Below are positions 14,201 through 25,967 of a stretch of DNA of 64,000 nt, piece by piece. The DNA lies in NCBI RefSeq assembly GCF_964355755.1, contig NC_092674.1, forward strand, positions 6,076,001-6,140,000, written 5' to 3'. The notes under the pieces were generated by a model that was not told the DNA's origin, made no database searches, and worked only from the letters and a program-made list of their open reading frames with translations. Numbering within the stretch: the stretch's first letter is position 1; each line of letters opens with the position of its first letter. Position numbers and translations under genes: made by a program. The DNA comes from Antedon mediterranea. Lineage: Eukaryota; Animalia; Echinodermata.

Positions 14201-17200
14201 TTGCAACATATCAGGTTGTGCACTTGAATCATTTAGAAATAACTGTTTAATGCTGTTCTAATCTATTGTTTTGTTTATAATAATAATTTTGCATATATTA
14301 TTATATTTTATGTTGTTTTATTTCTGTTTGTTTAAGGTGTATCATAGAGAGCCAATACAATAGTGCTTAGCACTCTTGGCAATCCACAGGGTGCTGCACC
14401 ATTGTCATGTATTTGCTCTTTATTGTTTTACACGAAAATTGAATACAAATTTTAAAAAATAATAAAATATCCCAGAGATTTAAAGTCTAAATTTTAGTAA
14501 ATGCAAAAGAAAGAACAATAGGTTAAATTCAGCACTTCATTTTACTTAATATTTATAGGCCATGCCCCCAATTTCTTGAATCTGTATTTAAATATTTTAA
14601 ACTTTGTACCCTTCCAATCATCCCTTTGTGTTTTGTTTCTTTTTATCAAACGACTAGGTTTTAACAGTGTTTTCTGCCTCTAATTACTATGAGATGGGTA
14701 GTAATAGAGGAGCCTACATCAAGTTTGGTCGTGACTTGAAGCCACATCCTGTACAGTACATGTATGTTGCCTCAACCAGTACAAGACCACTCACAGCTAG
14801 ACAAAAGTAAGCCCAGATACCATAGATACAATACAAATAGTGTGACCATTAGTAGCGTAATGTATATGGCAAAGGCACCTGGTTTAGCACTCTTAAGGGC
14901 CCTCCAACGTTTGGTAATTGCATTGGACTGCTCATGCTCTGTGGCCCTTAGGCTCTGGGCCCCTAGGTTTAGCACTCTTAAGGGCCCTCCAACATTTGGT
15001 AGTTACATTGGACTGTGCATGCTCTGTGGCCCTTAAGCTCTGGGCCCCTAGGTTTAGCACTCTTAAAGGCTCTCCAACGCTGGGTAATTGCATTGGATTG
15101 TGCATGCTCTGGGGCAGCTTGAGCTCTGGGCCCCTCGGTTTAGCTAGTGAGTCCTCAAAGCCATTATGCCACTGGTGACCATGACATAAGATCGCCCTCC
15201 CAGAACTCCAGTGGGTGGTCTAGACACTGTATGTAGAGCAGATATTTTAAAATAAAAAACAAAAGTTTAACTGTTCTTTATGAATTACTATTACAGCTTA
15301 AGTATTATTGAAGAATCAGCCTTACGCAATGTTCGTGAAAAAATAATAGCGAATAAAACTGTTCTACTCGAGGCATTCAAACAGTCTGATCCAAATGAAA
15401 CTGGTAAGTAATACTGTGGCAAGTCAATTGTTTGTATTTTATATTTAATTAAAGATGTATGGTCTCCCAAAAACATGAAAAATGAAGATTTAATTAAAAA
15501 AAAAGATGTTGAATAGACCATTTTGCAGTTTTAATAAAGTTTATAATCACTTCCATAGAAAAAAAAAACTACAATAATAATGTTTTCATTTGTAAAAAAG
15601 AAATAAACAGTTAAATTCAACCCATTGACATCTAGTCAATTTGGCTATTTGTAGCTTTAAATTACAGCATATTCTACAAAAACAGTAAAAAAAAAAATTT
15701 TGTTTAGGGGGACAATATATCTTTAAATTTCATTCATATATTATACACTGTATACGTATGTTTGTTTAAATGCATTTAAATGAGTGGACAATAAACAAAA
15801 TTTGATGTTTTTAGGTTTTATCACACAAACACAGTGGGCCAAAGCAATGTCAGAGGGGCTACATTTGGACCTGCCTTGGCTCACGATACGAAACCAACTC
15901 ATCAAGATGAACGATGACGGACGTGTTGAGTACGTGACCTGCCTTCAACAAGAGATCAACTTCAATGGTTCTCGTTTAAACGGGCCTAGTTTTACCGAAG
16001 TAATTTATCGTAACAAAACAGCATTGGAGACAATCTTCAGGGCTTTAGATAAAGACCACTCAGGTTTGTTTGTTATAATTACAATATAGATTTGGTTATA
16101 AGCCCACCATGGGTGTAAATCCTTTCCTATCCCAAGTTTTTGTCTGTTTTTTCTTTAATGTTTTCATGCAAAATGATCAAGTAATGACAAGCTGTAAACG
16201 TCATTGTTTCTTCACTTAGAACAATATGTTGATTTAATTATTGTTTATTTAATTTTTTATATGGCATTATGTATTTTACTAATCACAATTCCAACTTTAG
16301 TAGGCAATGAATATATTTAAATATATAATTTTTTTTTAAAGATTATTAATAATCTTATTTAAATATGCAAGTAATCTTTCAAGGCTCTTATCTGTATATG
16401 TACTATAATCCAAAAGCAATACAAAATTTGCATTATATCATGCTTTAATTAACTCACAACAAAAATGATCTTATATAATAATATATTACATAGCCTATGT
16501 AAATACGTGAACGTGATTGATTGAAACTGTATCACATGACTACTGCTGCGAGGATCTTAAATCGTATATTTCCTCGAGTACGATGATATTGACCGAGTAA
16601 TTTTTGCGTAGTTATCGTGTCCTTGTCATTAAACATATAAAATCCAGTAAATTCTCGAGTACGATATTGACTGTGTAATTTTCGTGTGGCAACACTCGCG
16701 TTTGGCGATAAATAAACAAAAGTCATCTACTGACACTTGAACTCGCATTATCACGATACAATGTTTTACTTGCTAAGCCACGTAACTTGCTTGAAGAAAC
16801 GAATCAACTAAACTATGCATACATAGCGCCCTCATTTTTTATAGATGTGACGAAAGGAAAATAAGGGAAATATATATTCCCTCGAGCAAAATATCATTCC
16901 CTTGGAGATGTCAAATCTTATATTTTACCTCTAAGCAGGCAATATCTGTATAATAATAAATTATATTATCAAAGTGTTGATTCACACAAGGTATTTTCAT
17001 CAAAGCCATTCACAACATAAAAACAAACTTAGCAAAATACTACAATCCTACACTATGCAAACGACAGGGTGACATGCTATTTATGTAATGTTTCGGCCCA
17101 AATTCAATATCAAGCTCTGTCTACACTATAAAACAAGTTTTATAAAAAAAGTGTGATGTGCCCAAATATGGTAGTGATATGATATCATCGTGTCCATATA

Positions 17201-17949
17201 TGGGCACATCATATTTTGTTGTCACATAAAGTTTGATAGTGTAGACAGAGTTTAAGATAACTCAAGATTTGAATAAGCATTTGTTATGTCACCTATATAT
17301 CTTATTTTATGAAAATCAATACATATTATATAACACCTTTTTAAAGGACGATATCTTGAAAATTGTGATGTTATCTTGCAAACGCAAGTAATGTACTTTG
17401 CACATAGTTTGCATTTTGCTAATAAGCACAGATGAAATTATATACATATACATATTTACTGTCATGTTATTAAAGTGTGTTTTTAAGTGTATGACAAGAA
17501 AACATTGGCCTAGTTTCTCAGTGTTATTATCATCTGATTGGTTAATGGCATAGTACTTATCACTACAGCACATCGCCCTATAAAACTCTAATCATGGTAA
17601 TACTTTTGATTTTTTATATGGTGTATCACCTTGGATAACTGAAAATTAATTTAAGAGTTTTTGTTTTTTTATAGGGTGTATTACCATGGATGAATTTTCA
17701 GAAGGATGCAAGCTGTTAAGTCAACATTTACAAACGCAGATGTCCGACGAAGTGGTGTCGGACATGGCAAAGAGTTTAGACATCAACAAAGACGGCCAGA
17801 TCGATTTTAATGAGTTCCTCGAAGCATTCCGATTGGTTGATATACAGGAGAAAAATTTGCAAAAAAATCAGGAGAATTTAGACAAATTGAAATCTCATGC
17901 AGACTTAAATCAAATTGCAAACGGAGATGAAAATCAGAATTCAGTATGA
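2293..17949 (+). CDS. PPEF: Serine/threonine-protein phosphatase with EF-hands (PPEF/rdgC family), 5'-partial, 11 exons identified
   Basis: GT-AG, phase-compatible exons at 2293-2529, 6763-6809, 7208-7374, 7932-7968, 8317-8466, 11220-11324, 13832-14017, 14658-14806, 15297-15403, 15815-16063 and 17675-17949 (TGA). PPP motifs GDLHG, GDFVDRG, RGNHE, HGG, WSDP, RSHE and FSASNY are followed by EF-hand loops DKDHSGCITMDE and [12 protein letters not shown]. Confidence 0.95.
3582..4239. mobile_element. Non-autonomous DNA transposon with CAGG termini and a 5-bp flanking duplication GATTT
   Basis: TIR caggcctgtatgca / tggatacgggcctg; poly-G subterminal tracts; gattt directly on both flanks. Confidence 0.7.
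5055..5356 (+). mobile_element. tRNA-derived SINE with CORE-like central domain and LINE-type (ATT)n tail
   Basis: B-box-like gtttcgaatcc; tgcctctctccaccaaggtgtataaatgggtacc; tail gcgctatataag...attattattatt. Confidence 0.6.
7545..7718 (-). mobile_element. tRNA-derived SINE head with the B-box segment amplified 5x (24-bp period)
   Basis: Minus strand has A-box tagcttggtgg and GGTTCAATCC five times (plus-strand ggattgaacc at 7557, 7581, 7605, 7629, 7653). A single-box relative lies at ~52446-52525 (+). Confidence 0.7.
8516..8661. mobile_element. Harbinger/PIF-like MITE family A (~150 bp; ~19 copies in the window)
   Basis: TIR agctctgtctacactatcaaact with TWA flanks. Other copies start near 10978, 11339, 11999, 13655, 17113, 21653, 36867, 37930, 40683, 41026, 42216, 44735, 46924, 48051, 54668, 56448, 56950 and 58944. 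Confidence 0.85.
8699..10019 (+). mobile_element. Non-autonomous Helitron
   Basis: Starts A|TCTATATATAAA and ends with the hairpin ctagatggtacgc-gagcgaagcga-gcgtaccatCTAG|T. AT insertion site, no TSD. Confidence 0.75.
10039..10853. mobile_element. Harbinger-like MITE (TAA TSD) interrupted by a TTAA-targeting element
   Basis: taa|aggccaatttgcactaacgagcattaacagtaa ... ttactgttacggcttgtctgtgtaaattcgcct|taa. Confidence 0.6.
10084..10711. mobile_element. Kolobok-like non-autonomous element (TTAA TSD, AG...CT ends)
   Basis: ttaa|agaccccttccctgcaatttt ... aaaaacgtagggaatggggct|ttaa. Confidence 0.65.
11999..12154. mobile_element. MITE family A copy
   Basis: agctctgtctacactatcaaac ... tttgataatgtagacaaagct. 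Confidence 0.85.
12299..13112 (+). repeat. 62-bp minisatellite, ~13 copies, in a PPEF intron
   Basis: Unit ccattttgtaccccttgtctcaggtaaccctgactcaagatctttctggaatctttcattgt. Confidence 0.95.
13231..13628. mobile_element. Palindromic (foldback) Harbinger-like MITE, ~400 bp, TAA TSD
   Basis: taa|aggcccatttacactagg ... cctattgtaaatgggcct|taa. The arms pair imperfectly along almost the whole length (e.g. caatcaaatgacgtcatgat / atcatgacgtcatttgattg). Confidence 0.8.
14850..15174. mobile_element. hAT-like non-autonomous element with internal ~85-bp tandem repeats
   Basis: 8-bp TSD GTGACCAT on both sides; TIR tagtagcgtaatg / cattatgccactg. Confidence 0.75.
15453..15722 (+). mobile_element. Kolobok-like MITE family B (~270-330 bp; ~10 copies in the window)
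   Basis: Family consensus ttaa|agatgtattgtcccccaaaaacatgaaaaatgaagatt ... ggggacaatatatct|ttaa. Other copies at about 1780-2110, 2727-3025, 5510-5752, 6190-6345, 18338-18660, 22725-23790, 38875-39190, 59930-60276 and 61750-62062. Confidence 0.8.
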
Positions 17950-18337
17950 AATGAGTTCTACTACAAGTGGTTGTGAGTGGTTGCTAAGTGATGGCATTAC
18001 TTCATGCTTGGTTGATTTTATAATCGCCACTGTTTAACATAGGACAAACTATTGATATAAATTGCTACTTGACAATGCAGATGAACTTTTTATATTGTTC
18101 AATATGATATTATTTTGTCTTTAATATTTGCCATGTATGTATGCTCCTAAAACACAAACTGCTACATAAAAGTACATTTGTCCAAAAGTGGAATGGAATA
18201 CCTGTATTTTAGGTCATTAAATAGGTTTTTATTTTCATGGCAAAATGTAGGCCTACTACATTTGTTGGTGGAAATGTTATGAAAAATGATGCGATATTAG
18301 TACTCAGTTCCAGCTTCATAATTTTTAAACCATTTAA

Positions 18338-18660
18338 AGATGTATTGTCCCCCAAAAACATGAAAAATAAAGATTAATAATATCAGATTTTGAATAGGCC
18401 ATTTTGCAGTTTTAATAAAGTTAATTACTTCTGTAGAAAAAAAAATCAACAAAAATAATTATTTCACTGATGAAAGACAAAAGAAATGGTTAATTTTAAC
18501 CAAAAACCATTGTCTGACAGATAATTTAGGTATTTCTTGCTTTAATTACATTTTTTTACAGGACATTTTTTTCAATCCAACTATTTTTATGTGTCTTTAA
18601 AATGGCATCTTCAACAACAAAAATAGTAATAAAATTATTTGTTTAGGGGACAATATATCT
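18338..18660 (+). mobile_element. MITE family B copy (TTAA TSD)
   Basis: ttaa|agatgtattgtcccc ... ggggacaatatatct|ttaa. Confidence 0.85.
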
Positions 18661-19274
18661 TTAAGTAAGAGTGAACTTAATTTAAACACACAGTTTGTGT
18701 TTAGCTGAAACCAATAGACACTATAAATACTGGTATTCTAGGAAAATTCAACCTTTTAAACGAAATACAGTACTAAAGAATTAATACAAATGTGTTATAA
18801 TATTAATAAGAATTTGTATAGGTTTATAGCCTTTATATATTGTGCAATGATGAAAAACATATAAAGATTTTAATTTATGGTCACAACTAGAGAAAGGTAT
18901 AGTACTTTATCAGTGAGTGAGCTGGTTGACTATGGTATCAGTACCATTGAAAAATAATTTTGTTTTTGTAATTTGTTTTAACATTATTCGTGGGTGTTCG
19001 ATTTTTCTCAAAATGTGTGGCGGACTAAAAATTATGAATACATCACCCAATCAGGTTGATTGCTTACCTCATATACTTGGAACAAATTCAACTTTGTATT
19101 TTAACTGTATAAATTGATGTATGGATGGTGCTTAGTATAAATTACAATGTGAATACAACTTAAGAAATAACTTAGGGCCTGTTCAGACTTGGTTATTAAC
19201 TTAGTTGGTGCCTATGAAGCCAACTGGGTAAATAGCTAAGACTGAAATATATGGTAAGGGCAATTGTGTGTACT

Positions 19275-20090
19275 TTTCTCATTATGAATATCAGTGTTCT
19301 CTGCGTAATGTTTATATGATAAAAGCCCTATTAAGGGGACACCTTCAGGACCCAACAAAGTGTCCCTTTAATAGGGGTGTCCTATGAATAGGGGTTGGCT
19401 GTAGTATATAAACATACTTCCTCTTATTCTCATTAATGCATATCAGTGTTCTCTGCGTAATGTTTTTATGGTAAAACCTCTATTACGGGGACACCTTCAG
19501 GACCCAACAAAGTGTTCTTTTAATAGGGGTGTCCATTAATAGAGGTGTCCCATTTATTTTATTTATTTATTTATTTTATGTCTTTAGGCACTGTGGCCAA
19601 GGATTACCAATAGTGAATTAATCACTGTCCTATCAGATAGGTGGTAATCCCCCTGATACAGAGGCTATTGTGTGAACCAGTTCACCGGGGTAACCCCCTA
19701 CTCTTTTTCGAATAATGAACTGGGTTCTTTAAAGTACACACAGGTTATAACTGTGTACACTGGACCTACGGTTTATAGTCCTTATCCGAGAAGACTTGTT
19801 CCACCACCAGAACTAGGAGCGAGTCGGCCCCATGAATAGGGGTTGGCTGTAGTATATAAACATACTTCCTCTTATTCTCATTATGAATATCAGTGTTTTG
19901 TGGATAATATTTATACAGTAAAACCCCTTTGGGACCCAACAAAGTGTCCCTTTAATAGGGGTGTCCCATGAATAGGGGTGTCCCATGAATAGGGGTTGGC
20001 TGTAGTATATAAACATACTTCGTCTTTTTCATTTCCTTGGAAAATATCCCCTAAATAGGAGTGTCCCAAAGGCAAGGTTCTACTGTACAA
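19275..20090. repeat. Tandemly duplicated Tc1/mariner (Tigger-like) MITE plus flank, ~155-bp period, interrupted by a SINE
   Basis: Repeated ggggacacc...ggacccaacaaagtgtccc...aataggggttggctgta. Related fragments near 8040, 21100-21330 and 51465. Confidence 0.65.
19553..19827 (-). mobile_element. Deu/Nin-domain SINE (5'-truncated)
   Basis: Minus strand gtcttctcggataaggactataaaccgtaggtcc...ttaaagaaccc...aagagtaggggg...ttaccccggtg with a (TAAA)n tail. Resembles the recalled DeuSINE central domain. Confidence 0.65.
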
Positions 20091-22319
20091 ATAAAAAAGT
20101 TGCAAGAAAATTAAGAATAGTCAATCTTACTCAGGCCAAGCTCGAACCTATGACCACAGAGTTTGTTGACCAGACTGGTATAATGGTCAAGCTGTACTGC
20201 AAGGAGAGAATCATATTAAAAACAACTTGCTTACACTCGCGTCCAAATACTTGAATTTGTACTTTGATATTGTTAATAATGGGTTGTTTAGATTTAGGTA
20301 TTTACTCAGGGAAAGTTAGTTTCATGGATCGCTACTTTTAGTGGGTAGGTCACCAACTTATACGGTAAATAACTAAACCTAAACTTTCTATTTGTCTTTG
20401 TACAGCTTAGCTTTAATGTTATTTATTAAACTTGTGTATTTTATACATTAAGTTTTGAAATGAAATGTTTTAAATTTTTTAACAAGAAATTTTAAAATGT
20501 CAGGCCTAAGCAATTTTTTTCATAAATTTTAGATATATACATTTTAAATATAAGCATTATAAACACTATGGATACACAGGGAAGATTTTGTAAATTTGTA
20601 TAAATTGAAATGAATGTATGTATAAAGAAATCATCATATTATATCAATTTATTTATCATACTAAAGTTTAAAGGTACATGTAGGTACCCCATTACTGTAG
20701 ATTATAGCTGTGTGTAGGTTGAATTTTAAAATCCTCTATAGATAATAAAGTTAAGTTTTATAGGGAAACATACAACAAATGTATAGCCATATTCAGAAAG
20801 AAGATCTCACTTTTCATAATGTACTACAATGTACGATATTCTGTCTGAATTTTTTTTGGACCATATTTAATGAGGGTGATCCATCCAGTACTTGCTGATC
20901 ATTAGGGACCCTCAGAGGTTCACAAGACAAAAAGATGCTCTACATAAACAAAGTCTTATTACAAGTCTTTGGGAGTGGAGTTGTAATTTTGTCCTGACAT
21001 GTGATGGGACCTGAACCCAGGCCCCTTGGAGTGGTAGCCAAGCATCATAACCACCAAGCCACAACTCCACTCCACTGAATTGATGTAAAGTTGATGTACA
21101 ATACAAGCCCTATTAAGAGGAAACCTTTAAGGCTTTACCAAGTGTCCCCTTAGTAGGGGAGCCTCCTAATAGGGGTTGGCCATATTACAGTATGTCCCTT
21201 CTTTGTTTCATGGAAAGTGTCCCCTTAGTAGGGGAGTGTCCCCTTAGTAGGGGAGCCTCCTAAATAGGGGTTGGCCATATTACAGTATGTCCCTTCTTTG
21301 TTTCATGTAAAGTGTCCCCTTAGTAGGGGGTGTCTAGCCTAAAATAGAAATCTTATTTACATCATTTAATTGTGTGCAATAACAGAAATTTATTACAAAT
21401 AAATGAAATAATATATTTGTATGTCATTAACACTTAAAATGTAATACTTGGTGATCAATTGATTAGTATTCATGAATCATTAATTTTGTGATTAAACTGG
21501 CACTGTAAAATAATCAAATAAAGGGCCAAAGACATTAAAATACTTAAATGAAAGGCAATTAATTAATAACACAAAATTTAAACATAATTTTCTTAAATAT
21601 TCCAAATAGAATTTGGTCACTTCAATACAGATTGATGAATTCTACAGTCTTAAGCTGTGTCTACACTATCAAACTAGTGTGACAAAAAAAAAATGTGATG
21701 TGCCCAAATATGGTAGTGATATGCTTAAATATAGTAGTGATATGACATCATCATGTCCATATATGGGCACAGCACATAAAGTTTGATAGTGTAGACAGAG
21801 ATGTGCTTAAAAATGCCACTCATTTGATAATTTTCATGATGTATTTGGATTTGTTGATGTTTATTTTGATTATTTTAAGTGGAATAAATGTGTCTGCAAT
21901 TAATTATTTGCATACAATTTGTATATTTCTAATAGTAGTGAAATAAAAGTTGAGCTGGTATATTGTGTTAACAGTGTAATATCTTGACACTACACACTGA
22001 CATTACAATAAAAACACATTCATTTCAATGTAAATATTTTTTATATATTTGCAAATGACAATAAATTTACTTGACTTGAAAAGTTTTAAATCTAAATAAC
22101 ATTTTTACAACCCCTACTACTACTCTAAAAGTATAAAATATTGTCAGTCTAAAGGGTATTAGCTATAACTTGCCTGTAACTCATGGATTGAATAGCATGG
22201 ATATTCAACTACCTGAATAAATGCATTGAAATAGCCAATACACCTAACCTGAAACAATATCTTAATGCCATACATTTACATAGTCACTAATATTAAATTT
22301 TATCTTTTTATTTTAATTC

Positions 22320-24435
22320 TCACCTAACTTCAATAGTAGAATTTACATCATTATTTACATTATTACTTGACTGATTATTATTACCAGCGTTGCTATCTGT
22401 TATTTGTACACCTTCAAACGTGTCACTAATTTGTTTAGCTAGGCCGCCTTGCTGAGCTTGATCAGCAGATGTAGCCTGTGGTTCCGTTGGTAAACTAGCT
22501 TGATTCTGTGCCTCTTCTAGCTGCTTAGCCTCCATCTCTTTCACCGCTTGTTCCTGCTGTTCTCTGTATTTATTCATTGGATTAATTTCCATGTAGACGG
22601 TGATTAGGCGATGGTTGATGTTTATGAGTTTTTGCGCACATTTTTGAACACATGTATGCTGTAATTATAAAGATACAAAGTATTTAAAAAACAAAATTAT
22701 TTCACTTATAAAAAGACAAAAGAAAAGATGTATTGTCCCCCAAAAACATGAAAAATGAAGATTAATCAGAATCCATTTTGCAGTTTTAATAAAGTTATTC
22801 ACATCTGTAAAAAAAAACCAACAAAAATTATTTCACTAAGACAAAAGAAAAAGTATTTTTTGCTTTCAATAACATTTTTTTCGATCCAATTTTTCGTCAA
22901 AGTGAATAACTATTACATGACATTTAAAATAGCATATTTAAAAAAAATAGAAAAAAATTTAGGGGGACAATAATTATACGCCGTGGTTAGGATTCCGGCA
23001 CCGGAACTCAACTGCCCAGCGTTAGGGAATCCGACACGCTATTGCGCATGCCCAGAGCGAGGTAATCGGCGACTCTATACTTCAGTATTTCAGTATTTCA
23101 GTGGTACTCACTTTCGAATCAGTGGCACACACCTTATCATACGTACATCGATGGATCATTTCATAGCTGCGCCACACGGCGAACTAGCCTAGATGCCTAC
23201 TAATATGGCCACTAATCTAGGCTAGGGCTACCAGTTAGACGTGACCAGTGGGGCCTATAGTATTTATTTTGTAATTAAAAAGTGGTTGCTTCATTCATAT
23301 ATAAAATTCATATCATTATGAATTATATAATTACATGACTAGTTTTATGATTTTTCATAACGCATTATACTGTACATAACAACATGCAATCACAAGTTGA
23401 TTTGTTGACGGCAGCCACCGCGTGGATGTGAAAAAACTGTTCGGGTCGCAACGCTAAAAACAGCATTACGATTCTTAGATAGATACTGATACTTATTAAT
23501 ATCATTATAATTATTTTAACGCGTGGCGCAGTCGTATTTTAATTATTAATTCATGTATGGCATAGGCCAAGTTTCATCCATCGCTCTCTCGCTCGCGCAA
23601 CGACTATCTAGGCTACAGTAAATCCATATAACACACCGACTCTCCGTGGTGTGGTGGTGTGGCACTATTAGTGCAAGCTATAATTCACTTCCCAGAGCTC
23701 TGGGCATGCGCAATAGCGTGTCGGATTCCCTAACGGTGGGCAGTTGAGTTCCGGTGCCGGAATCCTAACCACGGCGATAATTATATCTTTAATGATAAAA
23801 GTTGAACGAGAACGCGTCTGTTTTGTGTATTTTTTTAAACACTATGGTCATTGTATAGTGGTGAAATAATTCGTATGGCGTTTTTAACTGCTAAGTTCGG
23901 CTTACCTCTTCTTGTGTCATAAATCTGTAGTTTAGGTTTGTGACACAGCTATTGAAACATTTCTGAGTAAATATATTGTACATTGCAAGATAATCACGTA
24001 GCTGAAATTGGAAGACATTTATTAAATATTATTACCATTGATACTCAAAGCTTTTGGCGTTAGGCCTACTTATTAAAGTTTAAATTAAAATTAGACTAGC
24101 ACAACTAGCCTAGCCTAATATACTAGGCTATACTTACTATTCTATTGGCCTAAAATATATCCCACTACCGGTCTGATCACGATGGTGGTTCCACGTTTAG
24201 ATTACTAGCCTCCCTATAAATTAATTAATGTATGGAGGCTAGCTAGGCCATGGGCCAGGCCAGCTAGCCTTCCTAGCCTACTACACAGTACTAGTAGTAG
24301 CCTCTCTAGGTAGGCCTAGTTAGAATGATATTTGATAGAGGCTAGCTAGCCTGTTTTGGTTGTTTGTAATATTTCTTACAATCATTTTATAAATCAAGTT
24401 ATTCATACGTTTCTAGTTGCTTGCGATTCATCCAT
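22320..24435 (-). CDS. TIMM10B: Mitochondrial import small Tim chaperone Tim10B (FXC1/Tim9b), 3 exons, ~153 aa
   Basis: Exons 24435-24409 (MDESQATRN), 24001-23906 (LRDYLAMYNIFTQKCFNSCVTNLNYRFMTQEE) and 22658-22320 (HTCVQKCAQKLININHRLITVYMEINP...). Twin CX3C motif. Resembles recalled human RNLRDFLLVYN..CFQRC...CLHSCAGKLIHSNHRL. Confidence 0.92.
22979..23776. mobile_element. MULE/Mutator-like non-autonomous element in TIMM10B intron 2
   Basis: ~80-bp near-perfect TIRs (cgccgtggttaggattccggcaccggaactcaactgccc...) and 9-bp TSD ATAATTATA. Confidence 0.85.
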
Positions 24436-24764
24436 AATGTGGCGTTTCTACAGTGCTACTGGTTGATAGGTACTGCAATAATGTTAGTTTTAAAGAATTA
24501 AACAAATTAAATCTGCTCTACTCAAACAACATTTCCAGGTATATAAACTATACCAAACTGGCGAGTAAATCATGTTTTACTTTTTAAACCTCGCAACGTC
24601 TGGTTGAAAAGGCTACTCGGACCAATAATTTCTATTAGCCTAGGGGTTATTGCGATTTGGACGTTTCTGATTGGCTTTAGCCATGGACTATATTGATTAA
24701 CACTGTTCTGATTGGTTGTAGCTTTGAATACATCTTCTCGGAACTCGTCCTTAATACAATAGCA

Positions 24765-25585
24765 ATTTAGCACAGTGTTTTACTATATAACCAGATAAAT
24801 AATAGGAAACAATTAATAATTTGATAAATGACATTTAAATAGCAATTTAGGTAAATGTCTTTTGAAATGAAATTAAATAAATTATAACCAATTTGGTTAG
24901 AGTAAAACACAATGATAAAGAATAGGAAACATTTAATAATATGATAAATTACATTTACATAGCAATTTAGCACTGTGTTTTACTATAACCAATTTGGTTA
25001 GAGTAAAACACAATGATAAAGAATAGGAAACATTTAATAACATGATAAATGACATTCACATAGCAATTTAGCACTGTGTTTTACTATAACCAATCAGATT
25101 AGAGTAAAACACAATGATAAAGAATAGGAAACATTTAATAATATGATATATAACATTTACATAGCAATTTAGCACTGTGTTTTACTATAACCAATTTGAT
25201 TAGAGTAAAACTCAACGATAAAGAATAGGAAACATTTAATAACATGATAAATTACATTTACATAGCAATTTATCACTGTGTTTAACTATAACCAATTTGG
25301 TTAGAGTAAAACACAATGATAAAGAATAGGAAACATTTAATAATATGATAAATTACATTTACATAGCAATTTATCACTGTGTTTTACTATAACCAATTTG
25401 GTTAGAGTAAAACACAATGATAAAGAATAAGAAACATTTAAAAATATGATAAATGACATTCACATAGCAATTTAGCACTGTGTTTTACTATACCAATTTG
25501 ATTAGAGTAAAAAACAATGATAAAGAATATGAAACATTTAATAATATGATAAATTGCTAGCACTGTGTTTTACTATACCAATTTA
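24765..25585 (-). repeat. ~101-bp satellite, left array (~8 units)
   Basis: Reverse complement of the 29.4-33.3 kb unit. Confidence 0.92.
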
Positions 25586-25967
25586 GTTTTGGATAAAGAA
25601 TATGAATTTAAAGAATGGATATAATATGATATGATACAATATGATTTTCTCCCAATTAGTAAGACATTTTGGAATACTGCGTGCGTAGTGCACCTAACAA
25701 GATCATGTTCGCTATTTAAAACTCACATTTTAAAACCGTAAACGCATAAATTTGCGGACATACTCGTAAAACACACTTCCAGAGATTTAATAATTTTAAC
25801 AGTACTACAAAATCCATAATATAAAGTAGTATAGATTTGTACAAAAAGAGCAGAACAATTACATTAACTGTCATTACATCTACTGAACTGTCTCATTACA
25901 TCTACTGAAAAATTCATCGCGATGAATTTATTTATAATACACCAATCAGATCACACGCAATTAGTAT

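Noticed and set aside
14764-15178. Overlapping ORFs on both strands
   Set aside because: They arise mostly from the tandem repeats inside the hAT-like element.
16470-16955. Possible Crypton-like non-autonomous repeat
   Set aside because: Boundaries and diagnostic features could not be established by eye.
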